From contig ADNK01002519.1 of assembly GCA_000320545.1 (NCBI GenBank), positions 1 to 64,000 of the forward strand: a stretch of DNA of 64,000 bases, given 5' to 3'. Positions within the stretch are counted from its first letter, which is position 1; each line of letters opens with the position of its first letter. This DNA comes from Bigelowiella natans CCMP2755. Its lineage: Eukaryota > Protista > Cercozoa. The position numbers and the translations under genes were made by a program. Positions 1 to 12,699 of this stretch are shown one piece after another. The notes under the pieces were generated by a model. It was not told the DNA's origin. It saw nothing but the letters and a program-made list of their open reading frames with translations, and did no database searches.

Positions 1-160
1 AAAACCCCCCATAAAAAGGCCCACAAAAATTGACTCACTCGTAACCAATAACAGGCCTGGACAAAAAAGGCGCTATTCTAAAGCTTAATTGATTTCTCGA
101 AGGGGAAGAAGAACGTCAGGAGAAGATGATGTTTCAGAAGAAGGGAAGAAGAACAACAGG

Positions 161-364
161 GAGAAGAGAAGCAGCAGCAGCGGCAGCAAGTGGATATCTT
201 CAAGAACAGCACAGGAGTTTCACTTAACAGGCGGAATTACTGCCCCAGGTAGGTACATGGTATATGATGATAATCTACCCATCCTTCCTCCCCCCCCCGC
301 TCCCTATTCCTGATTGTCCTTATAGCGTAATATCAGCCTCCTTAGTATTGTATTTCTGTCTCTC

Positions 365-397
<33 letters not shown>

Positions 398-444
398 CAC
401 AGCTCTAGGGCTTGTCATTGATATTATACCAGAGTTTGAAGATC

Positions 445-484
<40 letters not shown>

Positions 485-1012
485 CGCTATTGAGATAGGC
501 AGCAGCAGCAGCATGAGATCATTAAGATACTACTACTACTATTACTTCTACCACTAGTAGTACTTATGGCTGTTTTTAGTGTGATGATGATGATGATCAT
601 ACTATGAAAATAAATGCATTAATAACTATATTTATTGATATCAATCAGCGATTAGTCGTTTTTTCCTTCTATATATGACGATGAAATATTTTGTGAAGGA
701 GTTTCTAACGTTGATATCAAAGCCGAGTTACTGGGAGGGAAGAATCAAAGCAACGTACTCATCATAAACAACAAACAATTATCACTCACAGAAGAAGAAG
801 AGGATGATGATGATGAGAAATATTTTAGCCTTCATTTCCTACAATAGCTGGATCTGCATACTGTTGTGAAGGAGAGTGAGTATGTTGGTGGATATACATA
901 CTGTTGTGAAGGTGAATGAGTATGTTGGTGGTGGTGGTAGTGATTCATTCCCTTAGTCTTTGTGAATATATCCTCTCTTATTCAAGTCAAGTCAAGTCGG
1001 TGTAGAAGTACC

Positions 1013-1053
<41 letters not shown>

Positions 1054-1484
1054 TACTCAGTGAAACAATGACTTAAAAACAATGTTGTCGTGTTGTCATC
1101 ATCATCATCATCATCATCATCATGAATAACATATCATTTTATGCTAAAATAAAGAATATGCTATTGATACAACGATTACTCATGATATTAGCGGCACGTT
1201 GAGTGCTTCTTGGAGCAGGGAAAAGGCTGCCTCCCCCTCCCCCATACAACTATCAGGAGTAGGGTTTCTTGAGTGCAAGGGGAGAGGGGATTTGTCATCA
1301 TTACCTCTATTCTTCCACAAAATAAGGTACTACCGCTAGTAGAGGTAGTAGGTAGTAGTAGAAGAAGAAGAAGAAGAAGTACAAGTGCATGTTGTTTATG
1401 GTTATCCAGCACCTGATAAAACAATATATTGCTTTCTGCCGTCGTTACTTCATCATGATATGCTTGATTTACACGCTCTCTCTC

Positions 1485-1565
<81 letters not shown>

Positions 1566-1680
1566 TGTAGTGTTAAGTATCTATGAAGCAAACAACAGCT
1601 CATCACCACAACAGCTGCATTTGTTACACGATGATGCCTCATACCCACACACGGCCTGGCTTTGCCTCCTCAAAAGAGGA

Positions 1681-1721
<41 letters not shown>

Positions 1722-1901
1722 CTAGTTGTTGTTACACACACACACACACACACACAGGGTAGTGCTTTGCATTTGTAGGTCTACATTTTATTGTGTTGTT
1801 TGTATTGTTTGTCTGTTTGGTTTTTGTTCTATCTAGTCACGTAGCACGTGAGGAGATTACCCGGATACTACCCCTGCAACCTTCATCATTACATCTTCAA
1901 G

Positions 1902-1932
<31 letters not shown>

Positions 1933-2417
1933 CATCAGAGATAATCACTTATTGGGAGAGTAAGTAACTAGTTGTAGTGTGAGGAATTGTTATGAGTCGT
2001 CTCCCTCCCCCCCCACAATCACCACCACAAGCAATACCTTCTTCTCCTCCTCCTCCTTCTTCTTCTTCTACTACTACTACTACTACTACTACTACGACTA
2101 GATCTCATTGGAAACAGAACTGACTACAAGCACCTTACAAAAGGGTATTAATCATCCTTCCAATTATCTATTTATTTATGTATCATTCACGACATGGTAA
2201 GTACTATTCCTAGAAGAATACTTTTCTTCTTTTTCTTGCGCCATCATCATCGATAATATGTCTATGACGACGAACATCTTGGTCTCTTTGCTGTCCTCCT
2301 ACCGCATGAAAATCGTCACTACTACAAGACACCATAGTAGTAGTAGTAGTTGTAGTAATAGTGATGTGGTGGTATAAGACATCGTTGTTGTATATATTAG
2401 CATTACTATACGACTAT

Positions 2418-2454
<37 letters not shown>

Positions 2455-2726
2455 TCTAACAATGGTGGCAAAATGATTCATTGGATGTTGTTAGGCTAGC
2501 AGCATCTTCAGTTGTAGATACGCTTATTGCTCCTTTGAGGGAGTTAATAGATAGGGGGGGGAAGGTACACACCACCATCACCATCACCATCACCACTACT
2601 AGCACCACTAGTAGCAGCAGTAGCAGAAGTATAATACAACTACATGATGTAGAAGGAATACCTTCACCACCACCACCATATCTGATACAATGCCGTCCTG
2701 CTCGTTGTCAATCATTGGATTTCTTG

Positions 2727-2766
<40 letters not shown>

Positions 2767-3784
2767 TATAAGGCATGGAGGTCATTTGCTTTGACATTAT
2801 CGATTGATTGTGTTGGGGGAGATTCCAGAAAGTACCGACATCTCCTGGTATGGACACTAAGCTACATAGCATGAACGTGTGCATCATCGTCATCATCATC
2901 ATCATTATCATCATCATCATCATCATCATTTAGTATTGATAATGGAGATATGTATCACTAAGCTTCTTCTTGTTGTTCTTCTTCTTCCTCCCAAGATTAT
3001 TCTTCCATATTTCTTCAACAATCTCCATTATCAATACTAAATGATGATGATGATGAAGACAACACAGATAATGAATATATGCATGCATTTCACTGATTAT
3101 TGTGGTGTCGTATTTTCTTCTTGTTGTTGTTCCATTTCCCTCCTATCGACATGATCAGGCTCTTCCAGAGATTGTTCACTGCGGTTCTCTTATAATAGAC
3201 GATATTCAAGTTCAGTGTTACGACAAAGCAGAGGATGATGATGATCTATGTTGTTAGGATGTTATAGATATTACATTTGGTACAAGGCTTGATTAGTCAT
3301 GCCCATCTAGCTAGCAATGATGCTTCAGCTGTTACTTCTTCTCATTATTATTATTATTATTATTATTATTGTTATTATTGGTGTGTGTATATATCTTCTA
3401 GGATGGTTCAAAAGTGCGACGAGGAGGACCAACATGCCATGAGGCGCACGGGGTGAATGATGATGATCACTGATGATGATGATCACGAGTACACAATGCA
3501 TGTTGTAAAAATTATTGTGTTTTCGAGAAGTTTTGACGGCACAAAACTAGCAATATCTTAGGACAACCTGCTTTATTTCATCATTATCGTTTCTACAATT
3601 CAGTATTTTTGAAGATGATGATTATATAAGCCAATAGCTTAATTATTATGGAATTTAATATCTACTATCTTGAATAATACCGAAAAATGTAAATTATCAA
3701 CTACTTGATCATCAGCTCTCAGTAGCAATCAATGCTGGGACTGCAGCTTATTTCCATGCTATTAATGTGATTGAGGTATAAGTC

Positions 3785-3821
<37 letters not shown>

Positions 3822-4510
3822 AGAACAGTGATCTGCAGAGCAGAAAGAAGCAAGTATAACAAAAAGAAGAGGGAGGCGGAAAAGAAGGAAGAGATTGTAT
3901 GATGGTAGTTGTACTGATGATGTTGTTTGTGTTGCTCAATAACCAGGTTTTGACCCCGGGTCTTTCAGCGGAAGTGCGGTTGGAAATCTATCAACTCTAC
4001 TTCGTTGCTATGAGAGCAGGGCATTGTGGCCAAGTGCGTTTTTGTTCTTGATTTTCGATCGTTTTTTTGGTGTTGATTTTGTCTGTTATTTGCCCATCAT
4101 TCTGCATCATCATGTTTATGAGAAGTTGATGGTATGATGGTGGTGAAGTCCTTTTCCATCCTGCGTCGCACTGATTGAATGAGTCATCACACGATATGCT
4201 GCTGCTGCTTGACAAATCCAGGGGCTAGATATTCAAGGGCTCTCCCATTTAATGCCTAAAGCCATTGAAGCTGGGTATTATTCTAACATGCTATAGCATT
4301 GAAGAAACGTCATCATGCATCATCATAATCATCATCATCATCATCATCATCACCCCCACCGCCACACAACTATTGATAAGAGTTTCTCTCACTACTGTTA
4401 TTCTAATAACTATCAGAGACAGCTGCAATGAGCTCGAATTAGCAGTCCTTCGGACCCATCGGTAGGTAGGAGGAGGAGGAGGAGGAGGAGGAGGAGGAGG
4501 GACTGACGAT

Positions 4511-4555
<45 letters not shown>

Positions 4556-4745
4556 GATGTTTTAGTGGTGAGATTGATAGATAGCTTCCTGTTGCGTGCT
4601 CATTGGAACGAATTGAACTGTTTCTAGCAATGATTATGTTGATGCTGATGATTAGGGAGACGCTCTTGCTTCTCCTTCTTCTTTTTCTTCTTCTTCTTCT
4701 TCTTCTATTTCTTGCCTAACTTGTGATTGTTATACCATTACATAT

Positions 4746-4786
<41 letters not shown>

Positions 4787-4931
4787 GACTCAAGTCTGGA
4801 GTTCCTGCTGGGTGTTTGGCTAGAATGGGGGCTGTTTTAGGAGGTGCCACGACGGATCAGAAGAGAGAAATATCAAGGTTTGTAAGTGTAAGTGTACTCC
4901 CGCTCTCTCTCTCTCTCCCTCCCTGTGTGTA

Positions 4932-4986
<55 letters not shown>

Positions 4987-5779
4987 AAGAGGTGGGGGGA
5001 TGGGGGGGGGGTAGGAGAATAATGAACGATGAGCTACTTCTTCACAGTAAAGTAGATGATAATATACTACGAGCAGCTTTATTGATATATCTGATCACTA
5101 CTGATCCTTCCTAAAACATGTTTTTTGCGGCTGTGTTTAGGTACTTCGAAGCACTTGGAGTTTCTTTCCAGATAGTAGATGATGTGCTGAGCATAAAGGG
5201 CTTTGAGGTAGTAAGTAGTAGTAGTAGTAGTAGTAGTTGTTGTTGTAGCAACAACACAAGTACTCATTTGTTGTTCGATGCTTGAACAAGCTGTGAGCAT
5301 GATTATGCTATACGGTGTATGGTTTGAGAGCCTCATTTTATTGAATTGCCTTGATTTAATTAGGGCCAACAGAAAGCAACACTCGGGGAGGACATATCAA
5401 CGGGGAAGGTGATAATAATAGCATTGCGACGGCTATTTACTGTATCATCGATTATGATGATTCGGTGTCTACATACATACATGCATACACACATACGTGA
5501 AACATGCAGTTGTTCAATGGATTGTGTTAATCTTTCCTCTGTTATTATTCTTGAATAGATAACGTATCCAATAGCACGAGCGATGCGACCAGAAAACCTT
5601 GACAAGAAGCAGCGCCAAGAGGTAATAATTCTAGTAGAAATGGTAGTTGTAGAGTTAGTAGCAGCAGCAGCAGAAGTCGCAGGTAGATTTGAATGATCAA
5701 AGTGGTTATAAAAAAGCAACATCCGTCGAGATGTAAATCAATCATGTAGATGATTTTACAAACACAACTATTGACTGGT

Positions 5780-5814
<35 letters not shown>

Positions 5815-6139
5815 AACAATGAAATGAGTACATGTAAGTCTCAAATGAGATCTAATACGATTCGTACTTGATGAGATGCATATATCATCCCTAAATATCA
5901 TCATCTTTCCTTGCATTACTTAGCTATGGCGAATTGTGAAAATGAAGACTTCAGATACTAATTTGATACGAAAAGCAATCAAACTTATTGAGGAATGTGG
6001 TGCTCTTGAACAAAGCCTTGAAAAAGCTAAAAAAGTACTGAATGATGCTTGGGTAGCTATTGACCCAATTATCGAAGAATCGTATTATAAAATCATGCTA
6101 CGTGCTTTCGGAAATTTTGTCTTGGATCGCCATTATTGA
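161..6139 (+). CDS. Fusion of an AttH/CrtC-like (lipocalin-type) domain and a trans-isoprenyl diphosphate synthase (GGPPS-like); multi-exon, 5' end uncertain and probably outside the window
   Basis: GT-AG exons spliced in frame: ~161-248 KWISSRTAQEFHLTGGITAP; 403-446 ALGLVIDIIPEFEDQ; 699-754 EFLTLISKPSYWEGRIKAT; 1192-1326 GTL...LSGVGFLECKG...FFHKIS; 1837-1901 HVAREEITRILPL. Then DRGGK/AWRS, first Asp-rich motif HCGSLIIDDIQD (~3159-3209), RRGGPTCH, AINAG, GHCGQ/GLD, LKSG, FQIVDDVLS (~5141-5207), GEDISTGK/ITYP; ends NFVLDRHY-TGA at 6139. Confidence 0.88.
857..930. repeat. Intronic tandem duplication, ~40-bp unit x2
   Basis: catactgttgtgaagg(a/t)ga(g/a)tgagtatgttggtgg occurs twice, nearly adjacent. 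Confidence 0.85.
1016..1052. repeat. (TA)n microsatellite, representative of many intronic SSRs
   Basis: Pure atatat run; similar runs at ~24826, ~32056, ~34948, ~43984, ~47764. Confidence 0.95.
1477..1563. repeat. Compound (CT)n(CA)n microsatellite in intron
   Basis: Read directly from the sequence. Confidence 0.95.
2914..3056. repeat. Perfect 36-bp inverted repeat (hairpin) inside an intron
   Basis: 2914-2949 tcatcatcatcatcatttagtattgataatggagat is the exact reverse complement of 3021-3056; 71-nt spacer. Confidence 0.92.
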
Positions 6140-6289
6140 CATCATTTCGTGTAGGAAAATTGTTTGCAGATAGGTGGGTAAAATAGTCACTTGATGCTCT
6201 GTGGTACACCTATTATTTCCCATTCAGTCAATCAACCTCACAAACATGTTGACATTTCTAATAATGATATAGCCATCTACACGCAATTA

Positions 6290-6800
6290 CTGTTAGGTAA
6301 GTGCACAATTATCCGTTGCTGACACTTGCTAGCTTGCTAGCTTGTTAATCACAGCTAGACAGCGTCAGCATTTGCGATGCCGACTTGATGGCATGCGGAC
6401 AACGCCACATGCACGCACAGCGGATGTGTCATGCACTCATTCTAGCCATTGCGCGCACAGCAGGTGGCCACTCTAGCTAGCTAGCACTGTAGGCACGCAC
6501 GTCTAAATGCAATTCTTGCACAATTTCAACGGCCCATGTCTGGACAAGCATGCTAGCATGTGCAGTACATCAACAATGACGTTGCAACATGTGCATCGCA
6601 TCATCTAGATCTGATGGGTTGCGCGACGTTAAGCACATCTCATTTCTAGATTTGTCCACGGCATCAGGAGTGCAACTTACATCATGTGGATATATGCTGC
6701 TGTGGGTGTAGCATGTGCGCTGAGCGGGCAGGATCATGGCTATGTGGAATGATGCATATTTCAATTGATCAAAGGTGTGTACGACATGAGAACATCACAT
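6290..6800. other. Convergent-junction CTAG/CATG/TGCA-rich tract 1
   Basis: Hand count of 10 CTAG in 6321-6660 (about 1.3 expected at equal base frequencies), plus many gcatgc/tgca; lies between stop codons at 6139 (+) and 6933 (-). Confidence 0.8.
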
Positions 6801-6932
6801 CACATCACATCATGTAAATGATAAAAATGTCAATAGGTAAACAATGTAAGCATATATGAGTACCACAGATCGATCTCGTGATGATTCAGCAATAATTCTA
6901 GACTGAATACTATGGTATCCTTAATTTTCGAT

Positions 6933-9900
6933 TTAGTTCTCCTCCTTCTCAGCCTTCTCCAATGCGGACTTATCATGACGACAGCAACCGGCTACTAGAA
7001 GTAGCAAACAAGAGTACAACATATATCACATATTTAATCTGTCTTTGATAGATGGCAGCAGCAGCAGCAGGAGGAGGAACTTGTACAACTTGGTAGTAGT
7101 AGCAGCAGTAGTAGTAGCAATAGTATTGGTGGTGGTGGTAGTAGTTGTACCTTCGCCGGGAGCTGTCTTCTTATTTTTCATGAGGAGGACCTCTCCATCA
7201 AGTCTATTTGCACAGAAACAAGCAGCATCAACAGAAATGGTTGCCCGACTTGAAGCCTTTGCTAGCCTAGTTTTGAGCATCTCAGTCTCCTTTACATCGC
7301 CATTCCCTGCTTCCACCACAAACACACCCATTTATGCATATGCACATGTGTGTATGTGTCTGTCTGTGTTTGTGTGTGTGTGTGTGTGTGTGCATATATT
7401 ACGAATATTTTGTTGGATGTACCATTATAATAATACGTATACATTGCCTTTGGCACAAGTGAGGAGGCCACACAAAGCCCAAAGATTCTCTGGCCAGCGC
7501 TTTAAATCCTCCTGTTGTTTGTAATAATATCATACCAATGGTGGTGGGCCCATGCATGCAAGAGCAGTTATTCATAAATATTAGCTATTAGAACACAGGC
7601 AGAAGGAGCCAATAACATTTACTGAATGTTACGATGTTGGTGCTATCTATCATCAGAAGAGATAATGTAGTCGTTCTTACTGAATGATCACCTTAAACAC
7701 ACTTATGGCTTCTTCATAATGTTTTTGTTCCGCCAGTAATGCTCCTAGAGCATGTCTTGCCTAATGGAATGGAGCAGGAATGAAGAAATAACGGATTAAA
7801 TAATTCAAGGATAATAGATGCATAATATAAAGGGTGAACAATAACACCGGTTGAGACCATCCCCAGGGCTCATCGTATCTGTATGTTTATTAATACCAGC
7901 TTATTACCAACAATGCAACTTTGATCATCATCCCAATAAACAACTAAAGTCAGCAAATGTATTCAATAGCAGTAGTAATGATAGCAGTAGTCGTCGTTGT
8001 CGTCTTTAAATTAAATTACAAATATTTACACACACATATAAACGCACTAGAGAGAGATCCATCTTTATTCTTCTTCCCTTAGATCTTACATACATGAGAG
8101 AGTCATCTAGGGTCACTGCTTCCTTTAAAGCCTGGAACGCCTTATCGTATTCACCTTTTCTGTATAGAATCTCGCCCTCAAGCATCTGCAGCCATTATAT
8201 ATTGATGACAAATGAAGGAAAAAAATACATTGATGATTGAATAGCACATCATGTGTTTGTTGAGGACTGTTGGATATAGATGATGATTGGAACACCTACT
8301 ATTACAACAACTACTACTACTACTGCTACTACTGCTTCTACCTTCTCCGCTACGTTGAGATTTCCTCGTTTCTTTTCACTCGTATCATACACTAGGTTGT
8401 TAAGTCCATATTTCCTAAGAGGACAAGTAGTGCAAACTTTTAGTAAGTCGTGCTTAATATGAGGGCAACGAAGAAGGATAAAACTACACAATACATTGAC
8501 AGTAATGTCACCACTACGAGTGAAAATACCTATGTAATTCCGTCCTTGCAAGGGCTTCGTGGAAAAGTTTTTGTTCCTTCTCGGCTTCCTCAACCTCGAT
8601 ATTGTCGTCAGTGTAGTAGACGAAGAAGAATAAAGATAAGAAGAAACAGAAGGAGTAGAACAAAATAAGATCAATTAAAGGGAGGACTCGTCTCGGTCAT
8701 CCCGCCTTTTTACAATAGTTTCCAGTGGTTAATAATCATCAAGTTGTTCACCTTTCCTAGTGCTGCAAATGCAATGCCTCGAGAGTATCTTAAAACTGCG
8801 GTCATGGCTGGCCAAGTTACTACCAATAACAGAAAAAAGAAGAAGACCCAATTACACATTTAGCGATTATAGCATGATTACCTTCAGGATCAGGTGAACA
8901 AAAAGATATTATCGCAGTTATTAAATCAGAGACGGTATAATAAATACATGCAGCAGAAAGCACCTGGATCTTTCGGAAAGGGCTCTTGGAGGATTTCATT
9001 CCATTTTCCGAATCGAATGTATACCATAGGAATATGAACGCAAAACCACTGACAAAATAAGAAGCAGAAGAAGACTATGTACTTTGTGATGATTGATGAC
9101 GGATCATAAATGGGGAGACGCGGACATGAAGAGGAGAAAGGATTCGTAACTTATTACTTCACCAATATATAGAAAAAAAATTACCTCAAGATAACCGGGG
9201 AATTGGTTCATAATCTCTTCTGGAAGCATCTCACCCATGTCCTTGGCACAACTATGAAGCAAAAATGTCAGGTGATGTCGATATCTCAAAAGACGGTGAC
9301 TTAGATTAGATATGTTCCCTCCCCCCCCCTGCTACTATTCAACAATTACTTCAATGCCACTTCGTATTGACCGTCAAAACATGCAGCCCACATTTGGAAA
9401 TGCCTGTTTGAACAGACAAAAAGCAAAGTAAGGTATGATGTGAGGACAAGGAGGATGAACACCAGGTACTACTGTCAATAATTTCACCCTCAAGTAAAGG
9501 CATGCGAAGCGTTTTTGGTATCAAGCCAGTCAGTAAGAGGAGCAACAAGACGACGAAGACAACAACATACAAGTTGTGAGCTCGGTATACTGCGTAGAAC
9601 CCATCATTGTGCCCTGTTTTCTCGACGTATCTAGGATAATACACATGGGATAGAAGACAGGAAGAGAAGGTTGATTACGGGGAATAAGGGCGACTGAGAA
9701 GCCAGCACTCCTGTAGATACTAGTCTTCACATTGTTTTCATAATAAGATTATTGTCTTTACCTTTTATCTTGTTCCACGGAAATAGCATTGACTTTGACT
9801 GCTCGTTCGTAATTACCAACCCACATGTCGATGTGAGTTGCCATGTGTGTAAGGTGCCTTCAAATAGGGTGATGGCGCGAGAATGATATTCAACAAAGAT

Positions 9901-11653
9901 CTACTATTTCAATTGGGAGTTAAAGAGGGCATATAAAACCACCCTGATCCAGGTACTCGAACAGCTGCAAGTGCGTCGGCAGCATCCAAAGCGACCTCAG
10001 GAGTCGGAGATAATTCCATACAGTGGATGTAACTAAGTTTGTTGTTTGTGGGAAGATATACTACCCTTAAAATAAAGGTGATGATAATGATGATGATGAT
10101 GATGGCGATGAACATAGAGTCGTCTTATGCAGTACAGATGGCATAGTCCAGGATGATTTGGATAATCTTTGAGAGATCTTTCAAGTACATCCCTCGCCTC
10201 GAGTGTAAATGTAGGGATATCCCTGAATCATCATGGGTATATAACAATTCCTGACGATGAGATACTAATTGATTCTAATATCGATTATTGTCAATTAGTT
10301 TTTGCTCTACGACATTACTAAGAGTAGTTTTGTAGGACAATAAATTATCCTGCTTGTTATATCTTGAATAAAATATGAATAAAATCTCAATACCCAGTTT
10401 TCTGATCTGGAACCCACAGTTCCCATGGTTTTCTATTCATTAGTTGCTCTGCAAAGAAGGCTGCGACGTGAGGGTTTTCACCGAATCTGTAACAGAGGAC
10501 ATTAGGATGTCCACATCACAAATAATTCACTAGCACAAGATCTATATCTGCGGTGAACTGTGAAATATCATTACAATTATAGGTTTCAAATATGCATTAC
10601 TTCTTGTACACCGCCCTCATGGAGCTTGCATAATCAACCTACGATATAAATCGTAATTAAAAGATCAAATGGAAAATCTGCAGAGCGTGACAAGCTACCT
10701 GCAGCCGAGCTATTTGAGCTGCAGCTTCTTTAGGTTTCTCTTCAGGATTTAACATATTTTCCTCGTACCTGGGATTGACGGGCAATTAAAGCAGCTTAAT
10801 TGTAACAACTAAGTGCAGACGAAGCAGCATGAAACTTAATGTTTTTGGTGCATGTTACAACTTACCTCAATTGTAAGGAATCTATGAGGCCCTTCTCCAA
10901 TTCAGTAATCTACAAAATCAGAACATCAGATACTTCCATAGCCAATAAGAAACGCTTGTAAACAACCGAAACTCCTTTCTGTTCAGCAAGCTGTTTGGCA
11001 GCAACTGTGTGCTTGTACGCTTTATCATAGTCGAAAAGTACTGGAAAGTTGTAGTTATGGCCACTTGCATATCTAAGATTTAAGGGATTACTAATATGCA
11101 AAATGAATTCATTAAAATCTATCTTGTGAACCCGATTCCCCAATGGGCCATCGCACCTGTTTTAAGAGGAGGATAAATTTTTGTGATAGGTGATATTGAA
11201 TATGAGGCTCGATTTGACATACATTTGTGATCTTCTTCAAGTGCTCTTTCGAAGCACCTGCCATGATTTGTGCATTAGTTCATTCTTTTCAGCAGTGATG
11301 TAAGAAATTAACTCAGATGCTGTCATACACTACTTTATGGCTTCCGTATGATTGAACCCGAATATCCACACAAGTCCTCTATCAAACCAAACCTTTTTAT
11401 GTCTCAAGCATATGATTAAAATGCTTCAACGCTGGTTCAGTAGTGCATCACCTGGGCTAATTTTGAGGATGTCGAGACGGGCATCGTTTCTGTGCCCATT
11501 TCAGGGTATCCACCTCTTTGTTTCGACGCAAAACGCTCCATCCTTTCCTTTATTATTACTAACGAACCCCTTTATCGACTCGACTTATGATACCCCGTTC
11601 TACCTTCTTTTCCTTTCCACGTCCTTACGTTGATTCTGCACTTCGGATACCAT
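6933..11653 (-). CDS. TPR-domain protein of the bacterial/fungal 'WFDRGL...FNHxEA' family; multi-exon
   Basis: Spliced exons give SKLAQ/VWFDRGLVWIFGFNHTEAIK/CFERALEEDHK/CAMAHWGIGYASGHNYNFP, YIHCMELSPTPEVALDAADAL, GHLTHMATHIDMWVGNYE, YAVYRAHN, YIRFGKWNEIL, ARHALGALL; ends AGCCRHDKSALEKAEKEEN-TAA at 6933. Start may be ATG 11653 or the next in-frame ATG near 11541. Confidence 0.82.
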
Positions 11654-11888
11654 CTATCAAAAGAAGGGAGCATGATATTAATTATTAATCATGAGTATAT
11701 ATATAAAAAACATGCGATTTTGTTTATACGACTACTACATATGACGTCAAAGAGTCTAAAATCAGTTTTTGCTGAGAAATGTCAGGAAATTAGAAGAGTT
11801 TCTTGAAATACTCTTCATAGATCTAGTGGGTACTCCTTTACCGTAGCTGCTACTGCCTACTTCCTGCAAATTCTACTTGCGACAACAC

Positions 11889-12608
11889 ATGTGGATAAGT
11901 CGCATTAGAAAATCTTCCTGTTCTTTTGTGTCGGTGATTGGTAGGAGTTCAGTTTTGGTAGGAGTTCAGCAGCTGAAACAGCAGCAACCGAATCCCCCCC
12001 CCCAGGAATCAGACCTGCTTCCTGCTGATCTGATGCGGCCGTTGGGTTCGACATTTCGCAGACTAGCTTACGCGAGAAGTAGGCTACAGCATCGTCCAAG
12101 AAGTTTTTCTTGTTTCGAAGAGGAAACACAGATCACATTTCGAAACCTTCAAGTGAGCGACCAGGAGTTTGTGTGGAAAATGCTTAGGTATGCAGCCAAT
12201 GAGGAGTCTCCTGCAGCAGTTCGCGCCCAAATCTCTATTCACAAGTATGCAGCTTCATGGGGCAAAATAAAGGGAGATTTTGGAATTGCTGCCATGGAAA
12301 AGGGAAACCCTGTTGGCGCAGCTTATGGACGTTTATGGCATCAAGAAAAAGGGTACGGATTTGTCGACGAGGAGACGCCTGAACTGGTTCTTGCTGTGTT
12401 GCCGAGTTATCAAAGTAAAGGAATTGGAACAAAATTATTAACTAAAGTGATCAGTAGTGCACGCGACCATGGATATTCTAAACTTTCATTGAGCGTTCGT
12501 TCAGAACTCCCGGCATATCATCTCTACAAACGCTTCGGATTTGCTACGGTAAGTGCTTATGAGAACAGAACTGGAGGCACTTCAATTATCATGCTCAAGC
12601 ATTTATAG
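11889..12608 (+). CDS. GNAT-family N-acetyltransferase, intronless, with an N-terminal extension
   Basis: Single ORF; acetyl-CoA motif AVLPSYQSKGIGTKLL, LSLSV, AYHLYKRFGF; bacterial-style GYGFVDEETPELVLAV. First ATG at 11889. Confidence 0.88.
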   Translation: MWISRIRKSSCSFVSVIGRSSVLVGVQQLKQQQPNPPPQESDLLPADLMRPLGSTFRRLAYARSRLQHRPRSFSCFEEETQITFRNLQVSDQEFVWKMLRYAANEESPAAVRAQISIHKYAASWGKIKGDFGIAAMEKGNPVGAAYGRLWHQEKGYGFVDEETPELVLAVLPSYQSKGIGTKLLTKVISSARDHGYSKLSLSVRSELPAYHLYKRFGFATVSAYENRTGGTSIIMLKHL

Positions 12609-12699
12609 GGTTATTCGAGCATAAAATTGTGTTACTCTTAATGGCATCTAGGCATGACTAACCTGCTGATTAAAAGCAAGAAAATATATTTTGATACAT

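Noticed and set aside
848-1680. Alternative exons AGSAYCCEGE and APDKTIYCFLP/CICYTMMPHTH in the prenyl synthase gene
   Set aside because: Exons 699-754, 1192-1326 and 1837-1901 join in frame and give the expected family motifs without them.
264-5722. Many 60-160 aa ORFs with VCVCVC, ERERER, poly-M, poly-Y or poly-T runs (here and throughout)
   Set aside because: They are translations of intronic microsatellites or antisense shadows of real exons.
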